Shown piece after piece: positions 25,144 through 37,128 of a stretch of 64,000 bases of DNA. Numbering within the stretch: position 1 is the stretch's first letter; each line of letters opens with the position of its first letter. The notes under the pieces are model-generated. The model worked only from the letters and a program-made list of their open reading frames with translations. It did no database searches and was not told the origin of the DNA. The position numbers were made by a program, and so were the translations under genes. This stretch comes from Leucoraja ocellata. Lineage: Eukaryota. The stretch is taken from assembly GCA_036785375.1 (NCBI GenBank), contig JAWMAR010000052.1, positions 6,200,001 to 6,264,000 of the forward strand, given 5' to 3'.

Positions 25144-25410
25144 GGGGCGGCACTGCGGTGCAGCGGTAGAATTGCTGCCTCACAGCGCCAGAGTCCTGGA
25201 TTCGATCCTGGGTGTGCAGTCTGTACGCAGTTTGTACGTCCTGTGACTGTGTGGGTTCCTCCCTCACTCCAAAGACATGCATGCAGGTGTGTAGTCTAAT
25301 TGGCTTCTGTAAATTGTCCCCAGCGTGTAGGATAGTGCTCGTATATGGGGTGATCGCTGGCCGGTGTGAACGGTGGGCTCAAGGGCCTGTTTCAGCGCTG
25401 TATCTCTAAA
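25144..25410 (+). mobile_element. V-SINE (HE1-like) copy
   Basis: ggcggcac...gcagcggtagaattgctgcctcacagcgccagag..ttcgatcc head, ends gctgtatctctaaa. Confidence 0.8.
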
Positions 25411-25477
25411 GTTGAAAAGTCTAAATCAGCCACCTCAGAGTGGGTGTGTTTGCAAGAGTATGAATCTCCCTGGCTCT

Positions 25478-25493
25478 CCAGCAGATGGCAGCA
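25478..25493 (+). promoter_or_regulatory. Candidate CTCF binding site
   Basis: CCAGCAGATGGCAGCA fits the CTCF core consensus; in non-repeat intron sequence. Confidence 0.5.
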
Positions 25494-25760
25494 TTATCCC
25501 ACAGGGAGAGAGGATCACAGTGTGTACCACTACACGCTCTCTCATCACACAGGCCTGGGTTCCCTGCAGGTGAATCCCCCTGTCTCCCCAGAGCCTGTTT
25601 CTGTGCTGTATGAATCCGTGACTGGCTGGGAAATGGCTTGGGGCATCTCATGGCCGTGGAGCAGACAAGCCCAAAGCACGGCTCTTGTTTTTTGAAAGCG
25701 AGCGTGTGCAGATAGAGAGGAGCGGGGAGCGGTGCTCAGAGCTGTAGAAGCTGGGCTTAC

Positions 25761-25901
25761 CTGGTGCCGGCTCGTGTGTCCCATTGCCTGATGTAGGAAT
25801 CGTACCCGCAACTCAGCACGACCGAGGGGCTCTCGTACAAGATGTCCAGGACCCCGGCTCCCCTTCGGAAGTCTGACCCCAGGCTGCTCTCCAGATGGCC
25901 A
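25761..25901 (-). CDS. FBXW4: FBXW4 internal coding exon
   Basis: (S)GHLESSLGSDFRRGAGVLDILYESPSVVLSCGYDSYIRQWDTRAGT; 141 nt, phase 2/2. Confidence 0.96.
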
Positions 25902-25929
25902 CTGGAATGGATCAGATACACAGCATTGA

Positions 25930-26490
25930 TTAAGATGTCGTCAAGTTGGAAAGGGTGCAGAGAAGATTTACGAGGATGTTGCCAGTATTCGAGGGCCTAA
26001 GCTATAGGGAGAGGTTAGGCAAGCTAAGACTTTATTCCTTGGAGGATGAGGGGTGATCTTATAGAGGTGTACAAAATCATGAGAGGAATAGATTAGGTAA
26101 ACACAGGTGTATATATAAGGCAAATCAGGTAAAGGTCTATTACCCAGAGTATGGGGATTTGTGAACCAGACGACATAGGTTTAAGGTGACGGGGGAAGAT
26201 TTAATAGGAACCTGAGGGACAACGTTTTCATACAAAGGATGCTGGGTGTATGGAGCAAGTTGCAGGAGGAGGTAGGGTCTCGATCCGAAACGTCACCTAT
26301 TCCTTCTCTCCGTAGATGCTGCCTCACCCATTGAGTTTCTCCAGCATTTTTGTCTACTGCCAGAGGAGGTAGTTGAGACAGGTACTATTGTAAAATTTAA
26401 GAAACATTTAGACAGGTACATGGATAGGATAGGCTTAGAGGGATGTGCACCAAATGCAGGCAGGTGAGACTAGTGTAGATGTGGCATGTT
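25930..26490 (+). mobile_element. CR1-clade LINE 3' fragment with a nested short Penelope terminal repeat (about 26275-26358)
   Basis: LERVQRRFTRMLP...GDLIEVYKIMRGIDL; GAGGAGGTAG duplicated around the insert. Confidence 0.75.
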
Positions 26491-27034
26491 GCTTTCTCTG
26501 TACTTTCACCCTATCTATCCCCCCATGATTTTATACATCTCTATAAGATCACCCCTCAGCTTCCTGCACTCCAAGTTCTAATTTGCCCAACCTTTTCCTG
26601 CAGCTCAGGCCCTTTAGTTCTGGCAAAATCCTCATAAATCTTTTCTGCACTTTTTTCAGTTTATATCAGTGGCGTCAGACTTTGTTAAACTGCTTTTCGT
26701 TATTCCCAATATCACTGAGAAACAATCATAGAGCAGTACAGGATAGGAATGGGCCCTTCAGCTCACCGTGTCTATGCTGAACATGATGTTAAATTAATCT
26801 CCTTGCCTGCATGTAATCCATATCCCTTCATTCCTTGTGTATCAGTCTCGGTGTGAAGAAGTGTCTCGACCTGAAACGTTACCCATTCCTTCTTTCTAGA
26901 GATGCTGCCTGTCCCGTTGAGATACTGCAGCATTTTGTGTCTATCCCTGTGTATTCATGCGCCTGTCTAAAAGCCGCTTAAACACCACTGCCGTATCCTT
27001 TAGTCTCACCCGTGGTTGAGGGAAGACATTGTTT

Positions 27035-27525
27035 CAGTTTAGTTTACCATTTTTACATATACTGAGGTATAGTGAAAACCTTTTTGTTGTGTGCTATCCA
27101 GTCAGCAAAAAGACTATACATGATTACAATCAAGTCGCCCACAGTGTACAGATACAAAATAAAGAAAACAATGTTTAGTGCAAGATAAAGTCCAGCAAAG
27201 TCTGATTAAAGATAGTCTGAGGGTCTCCATGAGGTAGATGGGAGCTCAGGACTGTTTTCTAGTTGGTGATACGATGGTTTTGGTTACCTGAAAGCAGCTG
27301 GGAAGAAACTGTCCCTTAATTTGGAGATGTGCATTTGCACACTTCTGTATCTGTTGCCTGATGGGAGAGGGGAGAAGTGGGAGTGACCGGGGTGAGACTC
27401 GTTCTTGATTATGCTGGTGGCCTTGCCGAGGCAACGTGAAGTCAAAGGACGAGAGGTTGGTTTGTGTGATGGTCTGGGCTACGTCCACAGCTCTCTGTAA
27501 TTTCTTGGATGGAGCTGTTCCACAG
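27035..27525 (-). mobile_element. Rex1/Babar-type LINE 3' fragment
   Basis: KKLQRAVDVAQTITQTNL in ORF 27246..27566. Confidence 0.8.
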
Positions 27526-28201
27526 GACAACGCTGACCGAAGTTTGCAAAACATTTTAAAGAGCAAGGCCGCAGCACACAGGCAAAAAAAAAGAGAGCTG
27601 TGACTATTTTATTTGACTGACCCGGCATATCAGAGGGGTCAGACTTTATTAAGATGGAGACCACACCAAAAGTTGGAGTGGAGCAGAGAGAAAAGGCCAG
27701 GCAATGTTAAAATATAAATAAACACCTTTGTCCGGGGGAAGGGTTTGCAAAAGGAGCTTATTAGTTGAGGCGAAGTGCTGGAGATCTAACACAGCGCCCC
27801 AATGCAGACGGAGCAGAGACTAACTACGCTGCTCTGATCACAGCTAATCACACACTGGGGGAGACCTGTCCCCACTCGCTTTCCAAAGAGAAGATTATTT
27901 AGAGTAACAATTTCTTTGTCAATGTTCAATTCTCCCCTTGGCCGTGACTGGGCATGTCTACATTGCACCTCGATACCTTGCCCCTAGCAACCAGCCAAAG
28001 TAGCTCAGCCAGCCCTGGCAACAGGCTCTTGTAAGCATCCCTTCACAAGCTTTATCGGCAAGTAGTTTGACTAATCCTTGACATTAACCTGCAGTGGAGT
28101 GTTATTGTGTTGCAAATTCTCCACGTTGGAGGTGACCCAAACCCACTGGAGTCAAGATTTTAACCCTTGCTGCACTGCCTCGCTCTCAGGGACAGGGGAA
28201 T

Positions 28202-28497
28202 TTTAGTTTAGTTTAGAGATACAGCGCAGAAACAGGCCCTTCGGCCCACCAAGTCCACGTCAACCAGCGATCCCCGCACACGAGCACTATACGGCACACA
28301 CTAGGGACAATTTACAATTATACCAAGCTAATTAACCTACAAACCTGTAAGTCTTTGGAGTGTGGGAGGAAACCAGAGCTCCCAGAGTAAACTCAAGCAG
28401 GTCACGGGGAGAACGTACAAACTCAGTCTAGTCAGTATCGAACCCGGGTCTCTGGCGCTGTAAGGCAGCAACTCTACCGCTACACCACCGTTCCGCC
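28202..28497 (-). mobile_element. V-SINE (HE1-like), near full length
   Basis: A box, B box GGTTCGAT, V-domain, (CTAAA)n tail. Confidence 0.85.
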
Positions 28498-30207
28498 TTA
28501 ACTCCCACAAATTAACGGTGATGAAAACAAACTGAATGTACGTAGCACAGCAAAACTTTACATAAAGTTTGATGGGCAGTCATGTCAGGAACCTGAGAGT
28601 CAAGAGTATAAAAACGTGTGAGAGGCACAGATTGAGTAGACGGTCAGAACCTTTTTTCAGGGTAGAAATGTTTCAAGGTGAGAGGGGCAACGTTTAAAGA
28701 TGTGCAGGATGCTTTTTTTACATAGAGTGTAAAGTAATGGTGGTTGCCTGGAACGCACCGGGCTGGTGCATAAGGCAGATTCGATAGTGGCGTTTAAGAG
28801 GCTTTTGGAAAGGCGGGTCATGCAGGGAATGGAGGGAAACATGTATAAATTATATGCAAGCAAATACGAGTTAGTTTTGGCATCATGTTCGGCTGGAATA
28901 TTGAGGACTGAAGGGCCTGTTCTTGTGCTAAGTTCTATGCCCAAAGAGCATTTAATTGTCATGCACTGAAAGAGGAACGATGACATTCTTACTTGCTGCA
29001 GCGTAACAGGTTCATTAACGCAACAACGCCAAGACAAATACGTAATCATCACCAATACAATACATTAATAATCAGGAACTAATTGATAACCAAGCAAAGA
29101 CCGTAGTCGAACTGAAACAGTACAGATAGAAGATCATAATTGCTGAGGTAGGGTTGTGGTTAGGATTCAAGGTGGGTATTGTATCATTTTATTTACAGAG
29201 GACAATTAACCTACAAACCTTTGGGATGTGGGACGAAACCGGAGCACCTGGAGAAAACCCACATGGTCACAGAGAGAACATGCAAACTCTGTGCAGATAG
29301 CACCCATAGTTAGGATGGAACCCAGGTCTCTGGTGCTACAAGGTAATAACTCTACCGCTGCGCCACTTTGCCGACCGGGTCTCGGTCCGCGAGTGCTGGG
29401 TTGGTAGGTGGGCACACGGCAGTATCTGGGCTTGCCGCACCAGGGCACTGCTCGATAGCACCACCCCGGGGCAACAGAGCGACGCAAAGGACAATCCCTT
29501 ATCGCAGCACCCGGTGGGTGCACTCAGAGCGCAGGACGAGATGGGACATGATACACGAGATTCAAAGGGAAAGAATCCTCAGTCAACACTTTGAACATCA
29601 AAAAAACCCACAACCAGCATCACGTAGAGAAACGTATTCTGTGATTAAACACACAAACAGACGGGACTGCACAAATGCCTTGGGCCAGTGATACAGGGTC
29701 TTCCTCCGTCATCTCATGAAGAGCTGAAAACAGAAGAACAGAGAGAAAGAAGGGGGGGGGGGAGGGGGAGGGGGAGAGAGGATGGGAGAAAAAGAGAGGG
29801 GGGGGAGAGAGAAGAGAGAGAAAGCTGCCCATGCCAATCAAGATGTTCCATCTATGCTCGCACTAACGCTATCACCAACTAGAGAGCTACCATCTACCCC
29901 ATTGGAGACCCTCGGTCTATCTTTAATCGGACTTTACTGGACTTGCACGAAACGTATTTCCTTTGTCCTGTATCTGTACACTGTGAACAGCTTGATTGTA
30001 ATCACATCTAGTCTTGCTGCCGTCTGGATAGCACGCAACAAAAAAGCTTTACAATGTGAGAGGGGCAAAGTTTAAAGGAGTTGTGCAGGGCAGGTTTTTT
30101 TTTTACACGCACTGCCGGGGGTGGTGGTGGAGACAGATACCATAATGGCGTTTAAGAGACGTGGATCAGCACATGGATATGTAGGGAATGAAGGGATATG
30201 GATTATT

Positions 30208-30512
30208 GTTTTTGTTTTAGTTTTAGGGATACAGTGTGATAACAGGCCCTTCGGCCCACTGAGTCCGCACCAACCAGCGATCACTCCATACTCTAGTTCA
30301 ATCCTACACATTAGGGACAATTTACAGAAGCCAATTATCCTACAAACCTGCACGTCTTTGAAGTGTAGGACAAAATCGGAACACCCAGAGAAAACCCACG
30401 CGGGCACAGGGGGTACGTGCAAACTCCGTACAGACAGCACCTGTGTTCAGGATCGAACCCCAGTCTCTGGCGCTGCAAGGCAGCAACTCTACCGCTGCGC
30501 CACTGTGCCGCT
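30208..30512 (-). mobile_element. V-SINE (HE1-like), near full length
   Basis: TGGCGCAGCGG A box, GGTTCGATCC B box, V-domain and tail. Confidence 0.85.
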
Positions 30513-31059
30513 CCGGATAACATGCAGGCAGATAAAAGTTGGCCTTAGAATCAGGTTCGGAACGGATATTGTGGGCCGAAGGCTGCACTGTCCTGTGTTC
30601 TATATTGTGAAACTGTGAGCATTAATATATATGACAATATATTCTATCGCATGTATCATTCCTGTACATTTATTACATCATAGCATTATGAATTACAATG
30701 TTCAAAACAGCTGAATATGTTAATAACTCAGTACTCTAATTATTGAACACCGATAGAGGTATGTAAAAGTATAAGATGCAGAGATGGGTAGAAAGCCAGA
30801 GTGTGTTTCCCTGAGGGTCCGCAACCTGAGGGCACAGATTTAAGATGGGAAGGAGGAGGTTTAACGTTAGTGCGATCAGTTTATAGTCATATACTCCAGG
30901 GTGCAAAGAAACTTCCAAGTTTGTTTCAAATACAAATCAGCAAAATGGTACAAGATTCAAGACTGATCTGATGTAGTACAAAAATAAAGTGCACGAAAGG
31001 AATCACCGAATGAGGTAGTTGGGAGCATGGGTTTGAGTCAGCACCACTGGGAAGTGGGT

Positions 31060-31775
31060 GTGTAAAAGGCAATTAGTTCAGGAATCTGATAGCAGTGAGG
31101 AAGAAGCTGTTCTTATGTCTGAATGTCTGAGCTTCTGTATCTTCTCCCAGAGGTAGAAGAGAGGAAAGAGAATGGTCAGGATGTCAGCATCCTTGACGAT
31201 GCTTCCCGCCTTCCTCATGCAACACACCGTGAGGATGGACTGGAAGTGAGGAGCCTGTGATGGACTGGGCTGTGTTCACCGCTCTCTGCATGTTCAGGTG
31301 GTCAAGAGCAGAGCAGTTGCCAGAACAGGCTGAGATGCATCCCATCAGAATACTCTCTATAGCACATCTGTGGAAGTTCAGGAGAACCCTTGAAGACATG
31401 CCGAATTTTCTAGGATGCTTAAGAAAGTAAATACGCTGATGAGCTTTGTAGATCACTACATCAGTGTGAGGGGACCAGGTTAGGTGGATGCCCAGGAACC
31501 TGAAGCTGTCGACCGTCTCTACAGCAGCTCCGATGATGCGGATGGGGTTGTGTTCTCTCCCTTGCTTCCCGAGGCCAACAACCAATTCTTTTGTCTTGTT
31601 CATGCTAAGGGTTATGTTATTCCGACACCATGATACAAGGATCCTGAACTTTTTTTTGTACTCTGTCTCATCATTGGTGTTGATCTGGCCGATGACACTG
31701 GCATCATCGGTGACCTTAAAGCTTGAGCTGTCGCCGTTATCAGTGTACATGGAGCAGGCCAAGAGACTGAGCAAA
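31060..31775 (-). mobile_element. Rex1/Babar-type LINE RT fragment
   Basis: ORF 31184..31792: YTD...DDASVIGQI...KTKELVV...FRFLGIH...AHQRIYFL...ESILMGCISA. Confidence 0.85.
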
Positions 31776-33089
31776 CACCTGAAGAGCATCATTGATGAGG
31801 GTTCAAAGAAAGAACTTGCTGGAGTAACTCAGCAGGTCAGGCAACATCTCTGGAGAACATGGGTAGCTGACATTTTAAATCGGGGAAGGGTTCCGACCCA
31901 AACTGTCGCATATCCATGTTCTCCGGAGTTGCTGCCTGATTTGCTGAGTTACTCCAGCACTTTGGGTCTTTTTTTGGTAAACCAGCATCTGCAATTCCTC
32001 GTTTCTACATTGTCGAGGGTTAGGTGGAGGAAATGTTTCGACCAATTCTGCAAGTCAGGAGGTTCAGAAGCTGATTGCAGATCTTCTACGCAGAACTCAC
32101 GTCTTTCAACCATTAAAGACTTTGAAGAAACCTGAATAGCTTGAACAACAAATAAATGTAATCAAATAGTAGAGGTTTGTCTAACGAGGTGATGCTTAAG
32201 CAGGTGGAGTGAACAAATGTTGATGGCCGTGGCTGGAGAGGGAGTGAGGAGACACTGGTTGGCCAGATGCCCCACACCAGCCTGGCTGGTGAGATGGATG
32301 CCTTGGAACGTGAAGCTGTTTTGGGAGATACCCCCATGTTGCCCTGGACTCACCCACCGGGAGGACATGAAAAGTTCCAGATGCAAATTAAGTGAGTCCC
32401 GTCATTTCAGTGATGTTTGATATTTCTTTTAAAAATAAAAGATGTGAGAGAGAAAGTCCAGGGAGGGAAGGAATTTGATATCTTCACAATTTCAACAAAG
32501 CACTCTCACTGCGAGGCTCCCTTTTTATTCTTGCAAAGCTGTTTTTTGTCCTCAGTAACAACGTTTCAAAGGCTTTATGCCAAACACGCACCTTTCAAAA
32601 CAACCCGGGGTCCGTCTGACTATATCTGTGCAGTTCCCTCTGGCGAAGGAAGGAACTGCAGATGCTGGTTTACACCGGAGATAGGCCACAAAATGCTGGA
32701 GTAACTCAGCGGGTCAGGCAGCATCTTTGGAGAAAAAGAATAGGTGATGTTTTTCGGGTCAGGACCCTTCTTCACACTGTTTGACGATGGATTCCAACCA
32801 GAAACATCTCCTATTATTTTTCTGCCTGACCCGCTGAGTCACTCCAGCATTTTGTGTTCAGTTTCCTCTGGTGTCCTGTGTACCTACACAAGTCCTTGCA
32901 GGGTGTCACGATGCTAGCAGGCTGTGGTTCCAGGCGGAGAGTCTCGGCTTTCCCAACGGTTGGCACTGAGGGTCAAGATTAGGCCAAGGGGAATCAAAAA
33001 AGTTAATTCAAAGGAGACACAAGGAACTGCAGAGGTTGGTTAACAAAACAAGACAAAGTGCTGGCGTAACTGGCCCTGGTTAGTAGGGC

Positions 33090-33500
33090 CGGAATTACAA
33101 GGAGAGGTTAAGCAGGCTACGACTCGATTCCTTGGAGCGTAGGAGGATGAGGGGTGATCTTATTGAGGTGTATGAGGAATAGATCGGGTAGACACACAGA
33201 GTATTTTGCCAGTATAGGGGAGTCGATGAATCAGAGGACACAGGATTTAGATGAAGAGGGAAAGATTTAATAGGAACCCGAGGGGTGACTTTTTTTAATA
33301 CACAAAAGTTGGTGGCTATATGGAACAAGCTGCCGAAGGAAGTACTATCATTATGTTTCAGAATCCTTTGGACAGATACAAGGATAGGAAAGATTTAGAA
33401 GATTATGGCAGGTGGGATTTGTGTAGATGGGGCATGTTGGTCGGCGTGGGCAAGTTGGGCCGAAGGGCCTGTTTCCACACTGAATTTATGGCTCTATGAC
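33090..33500 (+). mobile_element. CR1-clade LINE 3' fragment
   Basis: SLERRRMRGDLIEV and tail gggccgaagggcctgtttcc. Confidence 0.75.
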
Positions 33501-34354
33501 TATACGACTAATACTGGAACTGGAGCAGACCTTTCCACACCCCTTACCTGCTCCACCGTTCAATCAGTTTATGGCTGATCATTGGCACTTTCTCGCAATA
33601 ACCCAAATCCTCCGATTTCCTGCATCTCTAAATGGATATAAAGAGTGGCATCAAAATGGAAGAGGAAGCTCTAATGAATAAAACCGAATGCTAAGCATAA
33701 GTATGAGTCAGTCATTTAAAAGACCCTTGGACCGATACATGGATAGGAAACATTTGGAGGGATATGGGCCAGGCACAGGAGCTGGCTGCTCTTGAAAATG
33801 ATGTCAGTCCTCTAGCTTTCACTTTGACCATCTTCCCAACCAACTATTCACGCGCTTTTGAGTGCAACATGCACTTTAATTTAGTTCAACAACGAAAATG
33901 ATGTAACTGAAAAACCCAAAGGGACGAGCAACTAGCAGTTAGGCAACTTGGTTAGCATGGATGAGTTGGACCTAGGAGCCAGTTTCCATCCTGTATAACT
34001 TCTATAACTCCAAGTGCTGTGGGCTTTCTGGAAGGCAGTACAGAAATGCAACTTGGTCTTGAAAGGCTCTCTGCTGAGTGTGAAATGCCAGAGGAGATTT
34101 CTGCGCTCAATTCTTGGGCTCACCAACGGCTTCCTGCACTCACCACCTAGATGAGCAAACCTCAGCATTGACCTCCCGCCCCCCCACCGGGCCATACGGT
34201 TTGAAGGTTTGTCGCTCCTGGTCCTGCTGAAGGCTTCAACTCAGGCTGCCCCATGTGTAACCATGACTTCAGCAACATTATATTTCACTTGGGTAGCTTA
34301 CACTTCGATAAAACCAGCATCTGACATTCTTTCCTTCACCTTTCCCATCTCCAG

Positions 34355-34815
34355 GTTTAGTTTAGTTTATTGTCACGTGTACCGAGGTACAGTGAAAAGC
34401 TATTGTTGTGTGCTAACCAGTCAGCTGAACGAGACTATACATGATTACAATCGAGCCGGTCACAGTGTACCGATTCAGGATAAAGGGAATAACGTTTAGT
34501 GCAAGATAAAGTCCAGTGAAGTTCAATTAAAGATAGTCTGAGGGTCTCCAATGAAGTAGATGATAATAGGATAGTTCATTTGCCTGATAACTGCTGGGAA
34601 GAAACTGTCCCTAAATCTGGAGGTCTGCGTTTTCACACTTCTGTACCTCTTGCCCGATGGGAGAAGGGAGAAGAAGGAGTGACTGGGGCGAGACTGGTCC
34701 TTGATTATGCTGGTGGCCTTGCCAAGGCAGGGTGAAGTGTAGATGGAGTCAATGGAAGGGAGATTGGTTTGTGTGATTATCTGGGATGCGTCCACAATTC
34801 TCTGCAATTTCTTGC
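34355..34815 (-). mobile_element. Rex1/Babar-type LINE 3' fragment, well preserved
   Basis: KKLQRIVDASQIITQTNLPSIDSIYTSPCLGKATSIIKD...LPSGKRYRSVKTQTSRFRDSFFPAVIRQMN. Confidence 0.88.
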
Positions 34816-35242
34816 GGAATAGTCTCTCTCTCTCTCTCTCTCTCTTTAGTTCCCCAATTTTACCACCTTTATTGCATCCTTTTGAATTCTGTCCCTGAAG
34901 GACATCAAACTGAAACATCATTTGCCCATTACGTCCACAGATGCTGCCTGACCTGCGGAGTTCCTCCAGCTCTTTGTGTGTTGGTGAGAGGTGTCATGGC
35001 ATCCGTGTGCAGAGATCCACAAAGTGGACAAACCCCTCGTAAAGGGACATGGATACAAAGGAGACGGGTCTATCTCAAAGTGAACTGGCGAGCTGGAGGT
35101 GATCAGGCAGTTTTGTTACGTACACTGCCTGCTCTCCTCTCAGGAGTTCCCAAAAGAATGTAGTTGAAGAAACGTCTCGGTACCAGCCCAGTGGGTTTGA
35201 AAGAGTATGTTTAAAAAATATACTGGGAATCATAGTTGGTGG

Positions 35243-35276
35243 AGGGGGGGGGGGGGGGGGGGGGTGGGGGGGGGGG
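35243..35276 (+). repeat. Poly-G tract
   Basis: Long G run with one T; similar tracts near 18498-18522 (C), 48077, 56959 and 60173. Confidence 0.9.
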
Positions 35277-36654
35277 AAGCTGCTTGTCCCAATTGCGAGT
35301 GGGAAAATTCACATGCCAACAAAGCGGAGAACAAAGAGGCACATTGTTTAACCCTTTCACCCAGCCAGTGCTGCTCATGCGGAAACCTCAGAACATCATT
35401 AAACCCCGCTTATTTCACAGGTACCTTTGAATGTATATGGGTTTTCCGTTGTTAACTACAATCGATGCTATAATTCAATTTACAAATGCTTGGGAATTCT
35501 TGCCCCATCAGATCGGCACTGGTGGTGGTCCAGGAAAAGTTGTTTTAAAAATTACAATCTTTCTCCATTCATCACTCTAGTTTCTCGAACTTGCTGGATT
35601 CAGTTCAGTCCAGGTGTGAAGTTACACTGAGACTCTATCCATGGAGAGCTGACTTTTTGGGTTGGGACCCTTCTTCAGTGCTCTATCTAATCTGTAGGTT
35701 CCTCGAGCAGATTATCTGGTCAGGAATCTCATCCATATTTGCACAATCTTGCTATGTTGCTTTTTTCTAAATTACATTCATCAGTTTGCTTTGAAAGGAA
35801 TTAATTAACTGCAATATGGTTTAGAACATCCCGTGAGTTGTGACACTGTAGAAATGCAAATTGATCTATTTTCTGGAAGCTCTGGGCCAGTAATGGGAAT
35901 GCCGTAGAGAGAAGAGACAAGCAACTGCAGGTGTTGGGGGGAAAAAAAGACACAAAGTACTGGAGTTATTTGGGTTAAGCAGCATTTCCGGAGGACATGG
36001 ATAGGTGATGTTTCAGTCCAAAGAAGGATCCCGACCCAAAACGTTGCCTGTCCATGTCCTCCAGAGGTGTTGCCTGACCTGCTGAGCTACATTAACATCT
36101 TGTGTTCTATACATGGGAAACCCATAATCAGAGGCAGGAACCAGAAACAACAGAATGGTGGGGCTAGGGGATAAGTTCATAGGTTACATGAGCAGAATTA
36201 GGCTATTCGGCCCATCAAATCTACTCTACAATTCAATCATGGCTGACCTATCTTACCCTCTCAACCCTATTCTCCTGCTTCTCCCCAGAGCCCCCGACAC
36301 CATATAGTTGGTGAATACTTGGACTTGGACCTGTGCAGCCAGGATGTTGGTCCATGGTTTAAACTTCATTGTCCGCATGACTATCTGTATGACCACTTGG
36401 CAACTGACATCACAGCAACCTGTACAGACGCTATGTCAAAAACCAATAGTAACAAATAGTTTTGTTTTATAGACTCCTGTGACAATTTTTCTAAAATCTT
36501 CCTGCCTTGGTTCAATTTGCTTTTTTAAAGGCCTCATATTTACACACAGAAGGGATATCAAACATGTTCAGCGTGATCAGAAATTAGCAGCCTTGTGATA
36601 TAAAACAAAGCTCAGAAGTGACTGCAGGGAAGGGAAGAACTCGGTTAAACATTG

Positions 36655-37128
36655 ATGACACCACAGAGAGCATATTAACGTATGGCATCTCTGTGTGGTA
36701 TGTCAGCTGCACGGAGGTTGAGAGGAGAGCTCTTCATCGCGTCGTCCACAGAGCGCAGAGGATCATTGGGACACAGCTACCAGCCTAGGTGGGCATCTAC
36801 CACACACGGTGCCTCAGGAAGGCCGTCAGCATCCATAAAGACTCCTCACACCCTGTTCGAACTACTTCCCTCCGGCAGACGTTACAAGGCCTTCTACGCC
36901 CGAACCTCCAGACTCAGAAACAGCTTTATTCCCAGAGCTATAGCGGCTCTGAACCGGCCCTGCTGAGTGCCCCCCCACCCCCCCTGGACTGTCTCCCTCG
37001 GATGTTCACGTCAGACAGCTATTTATTTATTTTACTCTTCTTTTACATCGGTTGGAAGCTGCGTACTAAATCTCGTTGCACTGACGTGCAATGACAATAA
37101 AATATATTATTATTATTATTATTATTAT
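36655..37128 (+). mobile_element. Rex1/Babar-type LINE, distinct subfamily with (TAT)n tail
   Basis: FELLPSGRRYKAFYARTSRLRNSFIPRAIAALN; AATAAA then (TAT)n. Confidence 0.82.

Noticed and set aside
30440-30512. tRNA-like A/B boxes here and in many similar copies
   Set aside because: Heads of tRNA-derived V-SINEs; no complete cloverleaf.
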